From: Peribolospora baueri
Lineage: Eukaryota
Direction of reading: 5' to 3'
Assembly: GCA_029717555.1 (NCBI GenBank)
Contig: JAMDHS010000031.1
Span: 124,001 to 188,000, forward strand
Length of the DNA: 64,000 nt
In this document: in pieces, positions 11,943 to 27,784 of the stretch
Numbering within the stretch: the first letter of the stretch is position 1
Layout: each line of letters starts with the position of its first letter
Notes under the pieces: generated by a model
The model's database searches: none
Seen by the model: the letters and a program-made list of their open reading frames with translations, nothing else
What the model was told of the DNA's origin: nothing
Program-made: the position numbers and the translations under genes

Positions 11943-13521
11943 ATGGAGCACTGGAACAAGATTCAGAGCAACTTTGGGCCCCTCTCGCAGAGGTGAGCCG
12001 GCGTTTCCAGCCGGCAGTCTGGTGGGCCCCACAGTTCACGCACGTTTATCACCCCTGTCGCATTGGCTTCACAGGGCGTCCAAGGCTTTCGCCAACCTGG
12101 TTAGTACCGTCCCTTTGCTTTTTCGTCCTGGACCGGCCGTCTCCCGGCTTAACAAACATGTATCCCCTTTTGACGTCTTTCTCCCGTTCGCATTCAGAAC
12201 CAATCTGCCCGCGAGCGCTTCGGTGCTGTCGATGCTGATGATATCACCGAGCTGCCGGAGGAGTACAGGGACCTCGAGCGCAGGGTGGATGCTCTGAAGA
12301 CTGCACACACTGGACTACTCAGGTCAGTCACGCTAACTGTCGTTCCACTGGTTGCGTCATATGGGGCGGGATGTGATCCTGTGGAGCGTCCCAGAGCTCA
12401 CGCATAGTTTCCGCGTGTACGGTTCAGGATTGCGAGGGCGTACGAAAACGAGAACTACGACTACCCGACTCAGATCCAAGAATCCATCACCCAGCTCTCT
12501 GCTTCGGTCGGACACAGTCTTACCAGCTGGGCGGCTAGTGCGACTAAGGTGGGTGGCCTTGCGCGTCATTCGTTTTTGCTTGATGACCCGCCTTTTCCTT
12601 AACGCCGATCGCTCTTTTAGGGCACCAATCTCCCCACTGTAAAGCCCACCGCCGCTCCCGAGGAGAGCCACAAGACCCTCGCCCATGCGCTTTCCCGCGC
12701 TTCGGCTACGGGAGCTTTGGAGCTCGGTGCTTCCCCTACGCAGCTGACTGGTGTCCCCATGTCTCCACCTTCTTCTGGAAAGGAGAGGAGCACGCTTGGT
12801 CCCAGCGAGGACCGACTCGGAGAGGCCTTGCAGAAATTCGCTCTCGCCCAGGACACGGTGGGCAACGCCCGTTTGACGCAAGACGACGCGATCAACGACG
12901 CCTTCCTGGCCCCGTGGACCGCTTTCGGACAAGGCATCCAAGTCGCTATCAAGTGAGACACCGCCAACTGACCTAGTCATTCTTATATATTCGATGTGTG
13001 TCCCGAAAAGTGTTGGCCCTGATCACCCAGCTCTGTCTATGCGACATGACTTCTCCAGGGCCCGCCAGAACGTGCGCGACGCTCGGCTCTACCTCGACTC
13101 GTGCAAGCAGGCTCTCAAGTCCATCGAGGCCTCTGCCAAGCCCGACAAGTTGGAGAAGGCTCGCATGGACGTCGAGCAGGCCGAGGACCGTCTCGTCGAG
13201 GAGACCGAGGGGGCTATTAGAGCGATGAAGAGCTGTCTCGAGAACGTGAGTTTGAGCGCTCTAACTTTGCTCCGTCTCAGGTAATTGACCGCTATTAACT
13301 CTGCCCGCTGATGTTCTGTTCTTCCCTTTTCATTTCCATTCCTCGCTTCGCCTCTCTGAACTGACCTCTACCAGCCCGAACCGCTTAAGGCGCTTCACGA
13401 GTTCGTCAAAGCACAGACCGCATACCACACGGCTGCCGCCGAAGTCCTCGCTAGCGTGCAGAATGACCTCGCGGATGCAGCGGTTGCAGCGGAGGGCGAG
13501 TACCGGAAGACGAGGGATTGA
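11943..13521 (+). CDS. GVP36: BAR-domain protein, Gvp36-like, multi-exon
   Basis: Spliced reading MEHWNKIQSNFGPLS...DITELPEEYRDLERRVDALKTAH...HKTLAHALSRAS...LGEALQKFALAQDTVGNARLTQDDAINDAFLAPW...VEQAEDRLVEETEGAIRAMKSCLENPEPLKAL; TGA at 13519-13521. Confidence 0.8.
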
Positions 13522-13935
13522 AGCAAACGTGAATGATGGCGGTACTGGCTTCGTGGAAGGCAGAATTCGTGGCAGGTGTTGCCGCCAAGCCATTTGTAAA
13601 GCAGCGATACGACCGTTTTGATGACCGCCGGACGGCAGATATCCTTGTTTCTCTCCAATTCGACGACTCTTGCGCTCTCTTCCTTCGCCAGTGCCCGATC
13701 TGCTTCTCGTGGTCCTCTTTTGATCCTGTCCGGTGGGGCTCGTAGTAACGAACGCGTTTCTATGCTGGTCATGACCCTTTTGGTTGATGAAGGTAGACAT
13801 CCATCCTATCGCCCTATACGCAGTCGGGGGTTACCTCGCCTCGCAACCATTGGGACCATTGAGCATCGGAAAGGACGACGATGCTCTCGATCACGAGGCA
13901 CACAAGCACAGGCACACGAACGCTGATATTCGGTG

Positions 13936-15337
13936 TCACTGCCTGCGCTCCGCAGCCGTCTTTGTAGAGGAAGCAGAAGCCGCGACGACAACATCGACCC
14001 CTAAGGCCTTGAGCCATTTGCCCGTCTGTCGTCCATCGGCGCGAGCGGTGAATCGCCCCGGTTCGCCTGGCTCCTCGTCCCGCGAGGGAAAGGCCACAAC
14101 GAGCGGGAAAGGATGGCCAGAGGTCGGTACGGGCTTGCCGTTTTTATCACGAGAGATAGACTGGTCGGAGGGGGACGGTGACGATGGCGGTTCCGGGGTC
14201 ATGCCGGGAGATGCGGATTGAACTTGTCGCTGGAAAAAGAGTGCGCAGCATACAAGTTCGCGTATGTAAACACGCGCTGTTGCAGGGTCTGGGTTGACGT
14301 CGGAAGGCGATGCCTTGTCCGTGCTTTCTGCGCCTCCCGTGTACACCTCCGTAGCTTGTCCCTGTGAGCCTCCGCAGTCGTTCTCAGCCGCTGAGGTCGG
14401 TTCGTTGCGCCTTCCGCCTCCATCTGCTCGGTACACCAGTTCCCATGGAACCTTCTCCTCCTCTGCCTGAACAAATAGGCCAGGCGGCCACTTTTCCTGT
14501 GTGCACTCTTTGCCTTCGGAGGCTCCCCGTTCGCTGCTTTCGCTTCCCCGAGTAACGCCTTGTGGACGCTGTTTTTGAAGTTGTCGCTCAAAGTTAAAAC
14601 GCTCTTCGAGGTACCGCGTCGCGTGGCGGGCATTGTAGTTCACGATCCGATCGCCTTTCTTGAGCACATCAAGCGTATTGAGTGCTAATAGAATGCGGAA
14701 GACCGAAAAAAGCGGGGACGAAATTTTCCATGTGGACGATGAGGACCTTCCTGAACGCCTTCCACCTACTGTCCGCAACTCCGTAACTCATCCTGCAATG
14801 AGCGCTTGCAGCTTGCAAAAGTTAGAATACTCACCTTCTAAAGGGACCAATACATGGTAGGAACCGCTGCTGACCCAGCGTCGTATGGTCGGCAACGCAT
14901 AGATCAAGGCGCTCGCATCCACGATGGCCCGCCTCCTTCGCCCTGAAGAATCGTTGCCACGCTCAGAGCGCTTGTCCGACGGTGAGGGCCGATCTTCAGA
15001 GCTTCCATGGGTCCCTTGCGGTCGATCTGTATTGGCTGCGTCACGACTCAATGTCGCATTTCCGCTTCCTCTACGATCCCGACGGCCTCGCTGAGGCCGG
15101 TGGTGGCCAGCTCCACGGTATGGCCCGCCACGGTCGAAATCCAGATCCTGCACGCTCTTCTCAAGCTGATCGACCCTGTGGCTAAGGAACGCAGCTCCGA
15201 GAGCTTTGGAGAGGCGCTCTTGCCGGGCAGCCTTCAGGCGATCGGATGAGCACAAGGGCCGAACAGCAGACAGTGTACCGAGCACGTGCGAACACCAAAA
15301 ACTCTCAAACTCTCACCTTGTCCTCTTCGGAGCTCAT
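13936..15337 (-). CDS. PIN-domain protein (SMG5/6/Swt1-like PIN fold), probably with a degenerate active site
   Basis: AIVDASALIYALPTIRRWV...VLVPLE|ALNTLDVLKKGD...ARHATRYLE matches the PIN beta1/helix pattern. Short first exon MSSEEDK is followed by a GTGAGA donor. Confidence 0.65.
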
Positions 15338-15636
15338 GTCTCATCGTCGGATCACTGTTGGTTTGGTTGTACTAAGTACGATGTGGTTGGTGGTCCGGTG
15401 GCGATCGAACCCTGACCATCAACTGCGGGACGACCGCGGCGACCCGCGTCCATGGTCCGATGCACCCAGGGCTTCAGCGCTTCGTCCTTTCTGACGACCC
15501 CGGCCTTTTTTTTCTTTTCCTTTCCCTTTCTTCGCTTTATCTTCCATCTTCCACGGTCGATCAATTACGAAGTTCTGTCGCTGGGGTCGATGATGATACA
15601 TGTGTAAACGGATTAGAAAAGAACTCCAATGACAGC

Positions 15637-16183
15637 TTATCTTGCTGCAGTGGGTCCCCGATCTGTTGACGATTTCTTCTCGGCGCTTGAGGGAGATGGA
15701 GGGTCAACAGCATCTCCCAATCCAAGGTTATCCATGTCGTCTTTCTCCATGAGGTTGCTGTGGCATATGGGCAGATCCAATTCAAGGTCATGCATTTGAT
15801 TGAGAAAGGGCGCTCGATAGCCATGTCGAGGGCGGCGGCCAGGGGTCGAGATTCGAGGGAGGAGACATCGCAAAGATCACTCACTTGTCCATTCGGCACT
15901 GCAGATACTTCCTACTCAGATGCCGACATTGCCCGTTGTCGTTCTTGTTCTTTTTCAGACAGATCAGATACGACCGCATGAAGGCCTTGCAGTCTCCTGA
16001 AATCCGGAAGGTGTTGTTCGTGAAGACGCCGGAGTGAGAAGGAGACCCCGGAGTGAGAAAGAGACCAGAACCAGCAGGAAGAATAGCGAACAATTACCTA
16101 CCGTCATGGTCGAGAGGAAAACTGCCTCGCTCTGGCGGGCTGACCTGAAAGTTGGAAAAGGTTTGCGGACGACCGAAGGACAT
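15637..16183 (-). CDS. COX19: Cytochrome c oxidase assembly factor Cox19 (twin CX9C), 3 exons
   Basis: MSFGRP...PPERGSFPLDHDG|DCKAFMRSYLICLKKNKNDNGQCRHLSRKYLQCRMD|NLMEKDDMDNLG. Confidence 0.95.
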
Positions 16184-16512
16184 GTCGATGGCTGTGACAC
16201 CTGACAAAGACGTCGACTGCTTGTTCGGGATGGGACTACACAACCCAAACTTGCCGCCTTGGATTGTACAACGATGTGGGCCAGAGTTTCTAGAGTTCAG
16301 GCCGAGGTGGCTAAAAGCGCTCACTTGGATCCAAAGGGAGATCTCCGGCAACGTCGTCGTTAATAAACGTCGTCGACGGCCTCTCGCGATCACTTTCCCG
16401 TCGGCTGCGGCCGGTCGCCGTTCTCCCGAAATTCGAGTTTCCGGATCTCTCTCGCAGCGTGAGGGTCAAGCTTGACGGGTTCTCAGGCATACATAACGCA
16501 AGTACGGGACTA

Positions 16513-19985
<3,473 letters not shown>

Positions 19986-20553
19986 GTCGGAATGCTACGT
20001 CGACCGAAGGTGTACCGAGCGACAAATTGGTAGGCGTCGGCCCAAGTCAACCACGAGGTTGTTTACGACGAAGCTGGCGATATTTGCTAGTATGAAGAGA
20101 TGGCGATGTCCTGCACTTCAAAGCTCTCCAGATGGATCCCGCCTGGAGGTCGATCTAGTGTGGGGGCCGGGGGCCCGTGTGCTGCGGCAAGCCGCCGCTC
20201 AGCATCCTCCGGCTCGGCCGTTGCTCCTCGCTCACATCATCTCTCTCTTCGCGACAGCGTTCGCCCTCTACATTCACCACTGTCTAACGTCTGAGCCCTA
20301 GGTATCCACTGCCCATACTCAAAGGATCAAGCGAGTTTGGGCCGATGGCGCCTGGGCCTTGCGAGACTTATGTACAAACTTGTGGTGACAGGCATGGTAA
20401 AAACGAAGACGGGATCGTCGTGGCCACCAGCAGCTCTTTCACCGCAACATCAACTCGGCCAACGCTTGATATCAGCGTCTCCTCGGAAAGGCCGGTAACA
20501 TCTCAATGGTGTCTCACAGTAGACGAGCAGGAATGTGGTTACATCTCCAGGGG

Positions 20554-22687
20554 CTACATTATGAGTCTCCATATTATAATACTCCTGCCGTCGCCCACGC
20601 CGACGATCCACTCGGCTCCGCGGGGACAGATAGCCACGCACTTGATCGCGGGTGCCCCACTCAAGCCTGCTACTGCACGTGCCTTATCAGCCAGACCCTT
20701 GTGCGTGAGGACGGCCAAGGGTTGCCTTGACGGATGCAGGGGACCCGTAGCCTTGTCGAAGAAACGCTGGGCAGACTCCAAAGGGGGTGGCAGGGCGAAG
20801 TCCGGTGCGAAAAGTTGGATCTTGCCATTGGTAGTGCCGATCCCGAAAAGGCTGGACGTGACGAGGCCTGGCACCCGGTCGGAGCCTCGAGACACCCTAC
20901 GCCCACTAGTCTCGAGAGGGTGCCATGGCGAATGTACACCCCCGCGCATGTACCAAAAGCTGCATTCGCGAAGCGGCATCTCGGCGATGATTTCGAATGC
21001 TTCGGAATCTGCCAGGCCAGAGAACATTTTCCTGGAGTCCGCCGATGCGATGTTGTCATCCACAATCGCCTGGGCGTCCACCGAGCCGGGCCCGATGAGA
21101 CCATCTGACGCGGCTCCATTCGAGTGCAATAATTCGGCAAGTTGCTCAAGATCTCGCCAGCGCCAGAGCACCAGTCGCTCGGTGATGCTGATCGACACCG
21201 ACTTAGACATGATGAGGTCGCCATGGAAATGGACCTGGTCGACGTCTTTCGCATGTTCAGAAAGAGAAGATACACCACGGTCAAGAGAAGACCGGCTACA
21301 GACGTTCCAAGCAGGTGGAGACACTCACAATTCGAGTGGATTTTCGTGGTTGTAAACAGAGGAAAAGGGCGGTGCACGCACGATGTTCTCCGAGACGTCT
21401 CTTCGGGAGCGGAGACTCGCCGTGGTGTCTCATCGGGCGCAGAACCGGAGGGACATGGCGGCAGGGGTGGAACGGACCAGATTTTGATGGCATGGTCGAG
21501 GCCTCCGGATACCAACAGGGGCAAAGTAGGATGAAAATCCTGTATAGAAATGTCAATAGACCCAGTCCGTCAACCGATCCAATAGTGACACTGCTTGCTA
21601 TAAGGAGCCAAGACATAAACTAAGACCCCTCACAGCGGACACCACACTGTTCTTGTGGCCCCCGTGGCCTGCCAAAATCGCAACAAGCTCCTCAGCTGTG
21701 GAGGAGGAAGAACCGGCGGTGCCGAGCCCGGATGATTTTCGGCCTAATTGAGAAAATGACGGAGATGGGGGAGTGGGTTTTTCTGCACAGGTGTTCCATA
21801 TCCTTATCGTGAAGTCCTCAGACGTTGATGCGAGGATATGGGGATGACGCGGATGAACGGCTAGGTGGAGGATACTCTGCAATAGAACAGAAGATACCTG
21901 ACAGTCAGGGGCATCTCCGCGTTGAAAGCGAACAATGGCAGAGGCAAACGATCTGCTTGACTCACTCCTCCGTGGCCAGACAGTACTCTCTCCATTCGAG
22001 CGTTTTCTACGTCGATGATTTTGACCATCCGACCTGTCCCTCCTACAGCGAGTCGCGGAGCAAACGTGAGAGGGTCATAGAGCCAGGCAAGGGCATGTAG
22101 CGTTTCAGACTGTAAAATTCACAGCCGGAAGTGTCAGAATTGATCTTCGGCTCTCGCCCGCCATGGCGAAGAAGGGATGCTCGCCTTTTCATCCTCGAGC
22201 TCGAAAAGAACTTCCACGTCGTCTGTGCTATTCCCCTTCTCCGGCATCCGAAGGAAGGTGACCTGTAACGCAAAGGAGAGGGCATGAGCGGGACGCCAAA
22301 CACGAGCAGTCATAAGGAGGAAGACAGGCCAGGCTCGCAAGGACGCACCCTATTGCCGCCGCACACGGCTACGACATCCTTCCAAGAGAGCCACCGAGAT
22401 GGATAGGCACTTAACAAGCCCACTTCTCCGGAAAAAGGGAAAAATGCAGCAAAGTAATTTTCTTCTGGCAGCTGAGGATGGCAGGGACTCGAAGTCACAT
22501 CAGCTTGACTTTGCCTCCTAATCTGTTCACACTGTTCTTTAGTTACCTTTCCCTTGTTGACCCCCTGGCGAGGCGAACGCGGAGATGTGCAAGAGGTGGA
22601 GATCAGTAGAGACCGCTGAGGGAAACAAAAAGTCCTTTAAAAAGCTGTACTCACAAAGCTGCTCCAAATGAGTTTGTACGAAGTCAT
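20554..22687 (-). CDS. EED: Polycomb PRC2 WD40 subunit EED/ESC/FIE homologue, multi-exon
   Basis: Ordered EED-type motifs after splicing: VAVCGGNRV, ETLHALAWLYD...RLAVGGTGRMVKIID...LSGHGG, ILHLAVHP.HPHILASTSEDFTIRIWN, AILAGHGGHKNSVVSADFHP, SGGLDHAIKIW, FPLFTTTKIHSN.VDQVHFHGDLIMSKS, CSFWYMR, GIGTTNGKI. The first exon (MTSYKLIWSSF) is less certain. Confidence 0.8.
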
Positions 22688-22948
22688 CTTCCTCACAGAG
22701 ACCCCCGGGAAGCGACAAACAGAGCAGGGTCGATCGTGCACATGCGACGCGGGGTAGCGCGTATAAATAAAGCGTGTTGCCGCAGCAGCCGGCTTTCAAA
22801 GGGCCCGGCCGTCGTCTTCCGTCAGTAGGACAAGGTGTTCGTGGCCTCGAGAAGGTATTCAATGCGTTGCACAGACCGCGCTTGGTCGGCTCGTACAAAG
22901 ATCGTCTTATACATATAAACTACAGAAAGCGTAGATATCACGTTCACA

Positions 22949-25900
22949 TCAGTGACCGGCCTGGTGTCTACTGACGACGGAGACGCCGTCCCTAAACTTT
23001 GCGGTGAATAGGACAGGAGCCGAGCGGAAGAGCTCCCCTTTGAGGCTGACAACGATGATCTGTGACTGCTTGAAGCGCGTCTTGAACAGGCGGCCCATGT
23101 TCTGAGTATGCGAAAGGTCGAGAGCCGCGTCGATCTCGTCCAAGATGTACATGGGAGCCGGCTTGAATTGAAGTAGAGCCATGATGAGCGAGAGTGCTAT
23201 TAGAGACCTGAGTATGAAGTGTAAAGCCGAAGAAGGTAATTCAATAAAAGGCAAACAAGCCAATAACGGGCGAGCGCTGCAGACGCCTTGTACGCGCTCT
23301 TACCTTTGCCCACCGCTGAGCTCAGTGAGGCTTTGCTTCCAGACGCTTCCAAGCCGGACCTTCACCTCCAAGCCTTCCGTGATATCCTGCCCTTCCGGCG
23401 GTTGAAGCTTGGAGAAGTTGCCAGGAAGAAGCTCCGCGAAGATGGCGCCGAAGTCGCTGAATGAGCAAGGGACGTTGTAATCAGACTAGAACGCAGGATA
23501 CATTATGAAAGGTCAGTCCTGCCACTTACGCGTTAACCTTTTCCCATGTTGTCTGGAGGGCATCCCGCTTGTATCGGTCCAGTTCTTCAATTGTTGCTTT
23601 GATCTTGCTCTTGTCCTTAAGCACAGTGGCCATCATCTGCTTGAGCGCTGTCTCCTTCTTTTCGACGCTGAACAAAGTCACCACGGAAAGGTCACACCCC
23701 GTCAGCTCGGCCAGCCGAAACGAGTATCTTCTAATGGAAGACATGGATGCGAACCTGTCTATCATGTTCATCACTTTTGGATTGACCTTCTTCCTCATCC
23801 CCTGCTGCTGCTCTTCCAGCTTCTTGCAAGTCTTCTTGATTTCGTGCATGTTGTTCCTTGAAAAGTCATACGCGGTGCCGGGTTGCCCAAAGAACCTGCA
23901 GTGACCAATGACATCGCGGTCAACGTGTTTGCAACGGAACATCCAAGCGCAAATAACACTCACTTCTGCTCCGCAACGATCCACTCGAACTGAGCCTCCA
24001 GCTGCTTGAGGCTCTTCTCAGCGGTGGAGCAGTCTAGGGCCACCTTCTCGATCTCGTGGGTGACCTGCTTGATGTTGAGCTCGGCGTCAACGATCTCCTG
24101 CCGTTTGGCTTTAAGCGCGGTATGCAAGACGTTGAGTTCGTCGTCGTAAGCTGACAGCGTGGCGCGTTCTTGAGCTAGTTGCGCTTCAGCGGCGTCGTGC
24201 TCTTCCTGAGCGGCTTGGAGCTCTTGCCTCAAATTGTCGAGCTCGCTGCGAGTCCTGCGCAAGTTATCTTCAGCCTCCTTCTCCTCTCTTTGTGCATTCT
24301 GCACCTCAGCTTCGAGTTGTTCTGCGGCAGGTAGGACACACGAAAGTCAGGGATACAATGGCCCGTGAGACAGCTTCTGCATGTCCTACTCACCCAGCTC
24401 AAGCTCAGCGGTGCGAATCGCATTCTGCTTAGCCTTGATCACACTGCTCGATTTCTGAACGGCGGCCTTCCGGTCTTTGACATCCGACTGAAGAAAATCA
24501 GGGATAACATGAGTCTTGTGACGGTCGCTGAGATGGTTCGAGGAGGCGTCACGCACCTTGAGCTGTTTCAGCTTCGAGTCTTTGTTGTTGTTAAAGTCAT
24601 CCATGTCCTTTTCCAGTGTCTTGACCTCCTCAGCGGCCTGCTTCTGCCTTCGCGTGGCCTCCGAGATCGTCTCCTTCAGGCTCACAATGGACTCTTTGCA
24701 TTTCTCCACCTCGGTGATGATCTGCAGGACGGACACCAAGTTCCATGGTCAGATTTCCGTGTATGAGATGGATGTCGAGACTGAACGTACCCGTGTCGCA
24801 TTGCTGCTGTTGACCTGCTCCTCGAGCAGGGTAACTTCATGTCTCTTGAGGTCGATGTCCCTTCGCAGCTTTCCGAAACCTTTCGTCTGAGCGAGCTCCT
24901 GCTCGATGCGATTCAGGCGACCCTTGGAATCGGAAAGCTCCTTCTCGACGGCATTTAGCTCTTGCACCTTAACCAGAACGCCGGAGGTGGACGGCTTGCT
25001 CCCTCCGGAAAGCGTGCCGGTAGGGTCGTACACGTCGCCATCTAAGGTAACGCTCTTCATCCGTACAGCTTGATGGAAAGTGACCTGCTTTGCTGTCGCT
25101 GCGTCGGCGCAAATGAGTGTGTTGCCAAAGACGTATCCCATCGCGGCCATGACCTCTTCGTCGTAGCCGACTAGGGAAAGTGCTAGGTCCACTTTACCAG
25201 GAGCGAGCTTCTGAGCTGCTCCAATTTTCTCGGCAGCAGCAACAAATGCGTTGATCTTGTTGAGAGGGATCAAGGTGACTCTTCGCTTGAGCTTTCCGTT
25301 AGCCAACAACTGTGATCCAATCTTCTCGTTCTCGACCACCACCTAGGAAGAGCAGCAAGGGTTTCGTTAGTTCAGCCGAACGGGCCAAACGGAGCGGTGC
25401 AGGAGTACTCACGTTGTACAGTCTTCCTCCAGCGCAGATCTCAAGAGCAGTGGACATCTTGTGGTTCTCTTTGTCGAGGTTGATCAGCGTGGCGACAAGA
25501 CCTTTAACTTTGCTTCGATCAAAGTTCTGGACGGGATCTGAATACGAAAAGTCGAGGCCAGACAGGCGGGATTTCAAAGCGTCTCGCCGCTGTCGAAACA
25601 CAGAAAAAGCTTAATCCATGAGCTAGAGCTTTCAGATGTGAGCTCGATCGATGCGTACACACCTCGAGAAGCTCAATCACACTCTTGCTCTCCTTTGATT
25701 TTGAAGCAAGCAGCTCTCGTTCCTTCTCTTCGTTCCACCCAAGTTGGCTCAACTTGGCTTCCATGTCAGAGACGCGCTTCCTTGCACCTTCGAGCTCCTT
25801 GAGGAGGCCCGCATTCTCTTTCTGCGCCTTGGCCGCCCGTGGCTCCTTCTCCTTGACCTCGCGCTCGAGGTGTTCGATTCGAAGCTTGGCCTGCTCGATC

Positions 25901-27568
25901 TCCGTGCCAGCACCTGCCTGTCGGGAGCGAGCATTGGCTAATTGTCCCATATATCCTCCCGCGCCTTCATCCTTCGAGCCAGTGACACCTGTCAATAATG
26001 TCTGCAGAAGCTCGTCCTGCTTGTTCATAGCGGCCATCGACGCGTCGTGCTCCTCTTTGAGGGCGGTGAAAAACTCAGACAATGAATCCAGCTGCGCCTT
26101 CTTCTCATCTCGGGTCGAGAGAGCCTGAAAAAGACAAGCCAAAAGCTCTCAGCCTAACGGTGTATCAGTAGCCGAAGCTGAGGCAGAGCAAGCTCACCGT
26201 TGCAAGGGCTTCGCGGTCCGCTTGGATATTTCGCTCGTCATCCTCGACCGAGCTAACCTTGAGATCCACCAATGTCTTGATTCTCACGTGCTCTCGGACA
26301 AGCTCCTTCAAACGGTCAGAGAGGGCCTGGAACTTTCCGCCTTTAGCGATTTCCTGAGGGTTTGGCGAGTCAAATGGTCATCAGCATGACTGTGACAGAC
26401 GGCAGAAGGAAAAAAAAAAAACAAATGCGAAGCACTCACCTTGTCCCTTTTCTTCTCAATCGCTGCCAATTCCTTCTCAATACCAGCAACCTGCCGCTTG
26501 AGTTCTTCCACTTCACGCTCGCGAGAGGCAACCTCTTGCTTCCAGGCGTCGACGTTGCCTTGTCGCTCTTGAAGCCGAGTACGCAGTGTCTGCCATTCGT
26601 GCGCTTTCGAAAGGCGAGTCAAGCGCTCGAGCTCGGAGGACGCTTTCTGGTATTCAAGAAACGATCGCTTCTGTTCTCGGAGATTATCAAGTTTTGGCAC
26701 AATTTCATTGTCGAGCAACTGCGTACGGAGGCGCCAGAAGTTAGTTAGGATTGAGAGCATACACGGGAAAGATCACCGAGTGACTCACATCCGTGATCTC
26801 GTCAATTTTCTTGTCCTTCTTCGCCATAGTCTTGACCGCCTTCTCCTTCCTGTCCTCAAACATTCGAGTGCCAGCCGCCTCCTCAATCATCGCCAAGATC
26901 TCGGGCGGCTTCATGTTCAAGACCTTTGTGATCTTGCCCTGCATGATGAGGAAGTTCGGGTTGTTGATGTTGAGCTGGACGCTCTGAAAAAGGTTCTGCA
27001 CCGTTTGCTGAGTGGCCTTGTGACCATTGACCAGATACTTGGACTGACCGCCCATGGCGACCTGGCGAGTTACTGTAATTTGCGAATAATTCTCAAAAGA
27101 GACGGGAGACTTGGATCGGTCGGAGTTGTCAAAGACAATGGTGACAGACGCCTTCGTAATCCCGGCTTGTCCACGCTTGTATATCAAGTCTTGAAGGTTG
27201 GCGGCACGGACCTGCCATCGCAAGCCGGACACGCAAGAGAGCCAGAAGCCTATCTGGGTTAATGCACGTCCGCCGGGTTTCGCCTGCTTTCAAATGGTGA
27301 GCTGGTCGCACTCACCGTCTGCAAATTAGTTATACCGAGAACGAAGCAAATCGCGTCCAGGATATTGCTGGCAGGTAGGCGAGGCGTGGGACAGGTGTTA
27401 TTTCAGGGCCAGGCCTTCGGCAACACTGCATATGTTGTGGTACGAAACTGACCTCTTTCCGGAGCCATTCAGGCCGGTGATGGCGTTGAAAGACGAGTCC
27501 CATCCTGATATGTGCGTTCGGACGGGATATGACTTGAAGCCGTCAATAATGAGCTCGTCGATCCTCAT
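22949..27568 (-). CDS. SMC2: Condensin ATPase subunit Smc2, multi-exon
   Basis: [14 protein letters not shown]...[43 protein letters not shown], hinge [12 protein letters not shown]...[23 protein letters not shown] signature and Walker [14 protein letters not shown]. Confidence 0.97.
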
Positions 27569-27784
27569 ACTTCCTCGTCGTTGGTTGCTTGACGTTGCGG
27601 GTGATTGTCGTCGCCCATCTGCTTCTCTCATTTGCCAATCCGCGTCGCGCGTTGATCACGTGCGCATGCCTGGCCGTGCTGGTCAATCCATTTACACGAT
27701 CTCGATCGCGCCTTTCCAGAGGCGCGTCGAGAAACGGCCAAGAGGAAGGCGGCCTTTGTACGAGGACGACAACGTCGACGCAAA
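27569..27784. promoter_or_regulatory. Compact bidirectional promoter between SMC2 and CDC9 with MCB-like CGCGT cores
   Basis: 216 bp separate the divergent ATGs. CGCGT occurs at 27641, 27648 and 27723, and CACGTG at 27657. Confidence 0.5.

Noticed and set aside
20345..21355. 336-aa plus-strand ORF
   Set aside because: Antisense shadow of the last EED exon, with no motif of its own. The same applies to long antisense ORFs over SMC2, VPS34 and TUB2.
27653..27784. Upstream in-frame extension giving a mitochondrial isoform of DNA ligase I
   Set aside because: The frame is open back to a TGA at 27653 but contains no ATG and is not convincingly presequence-like. A near-cognate start cannot be supported from sequence alone.
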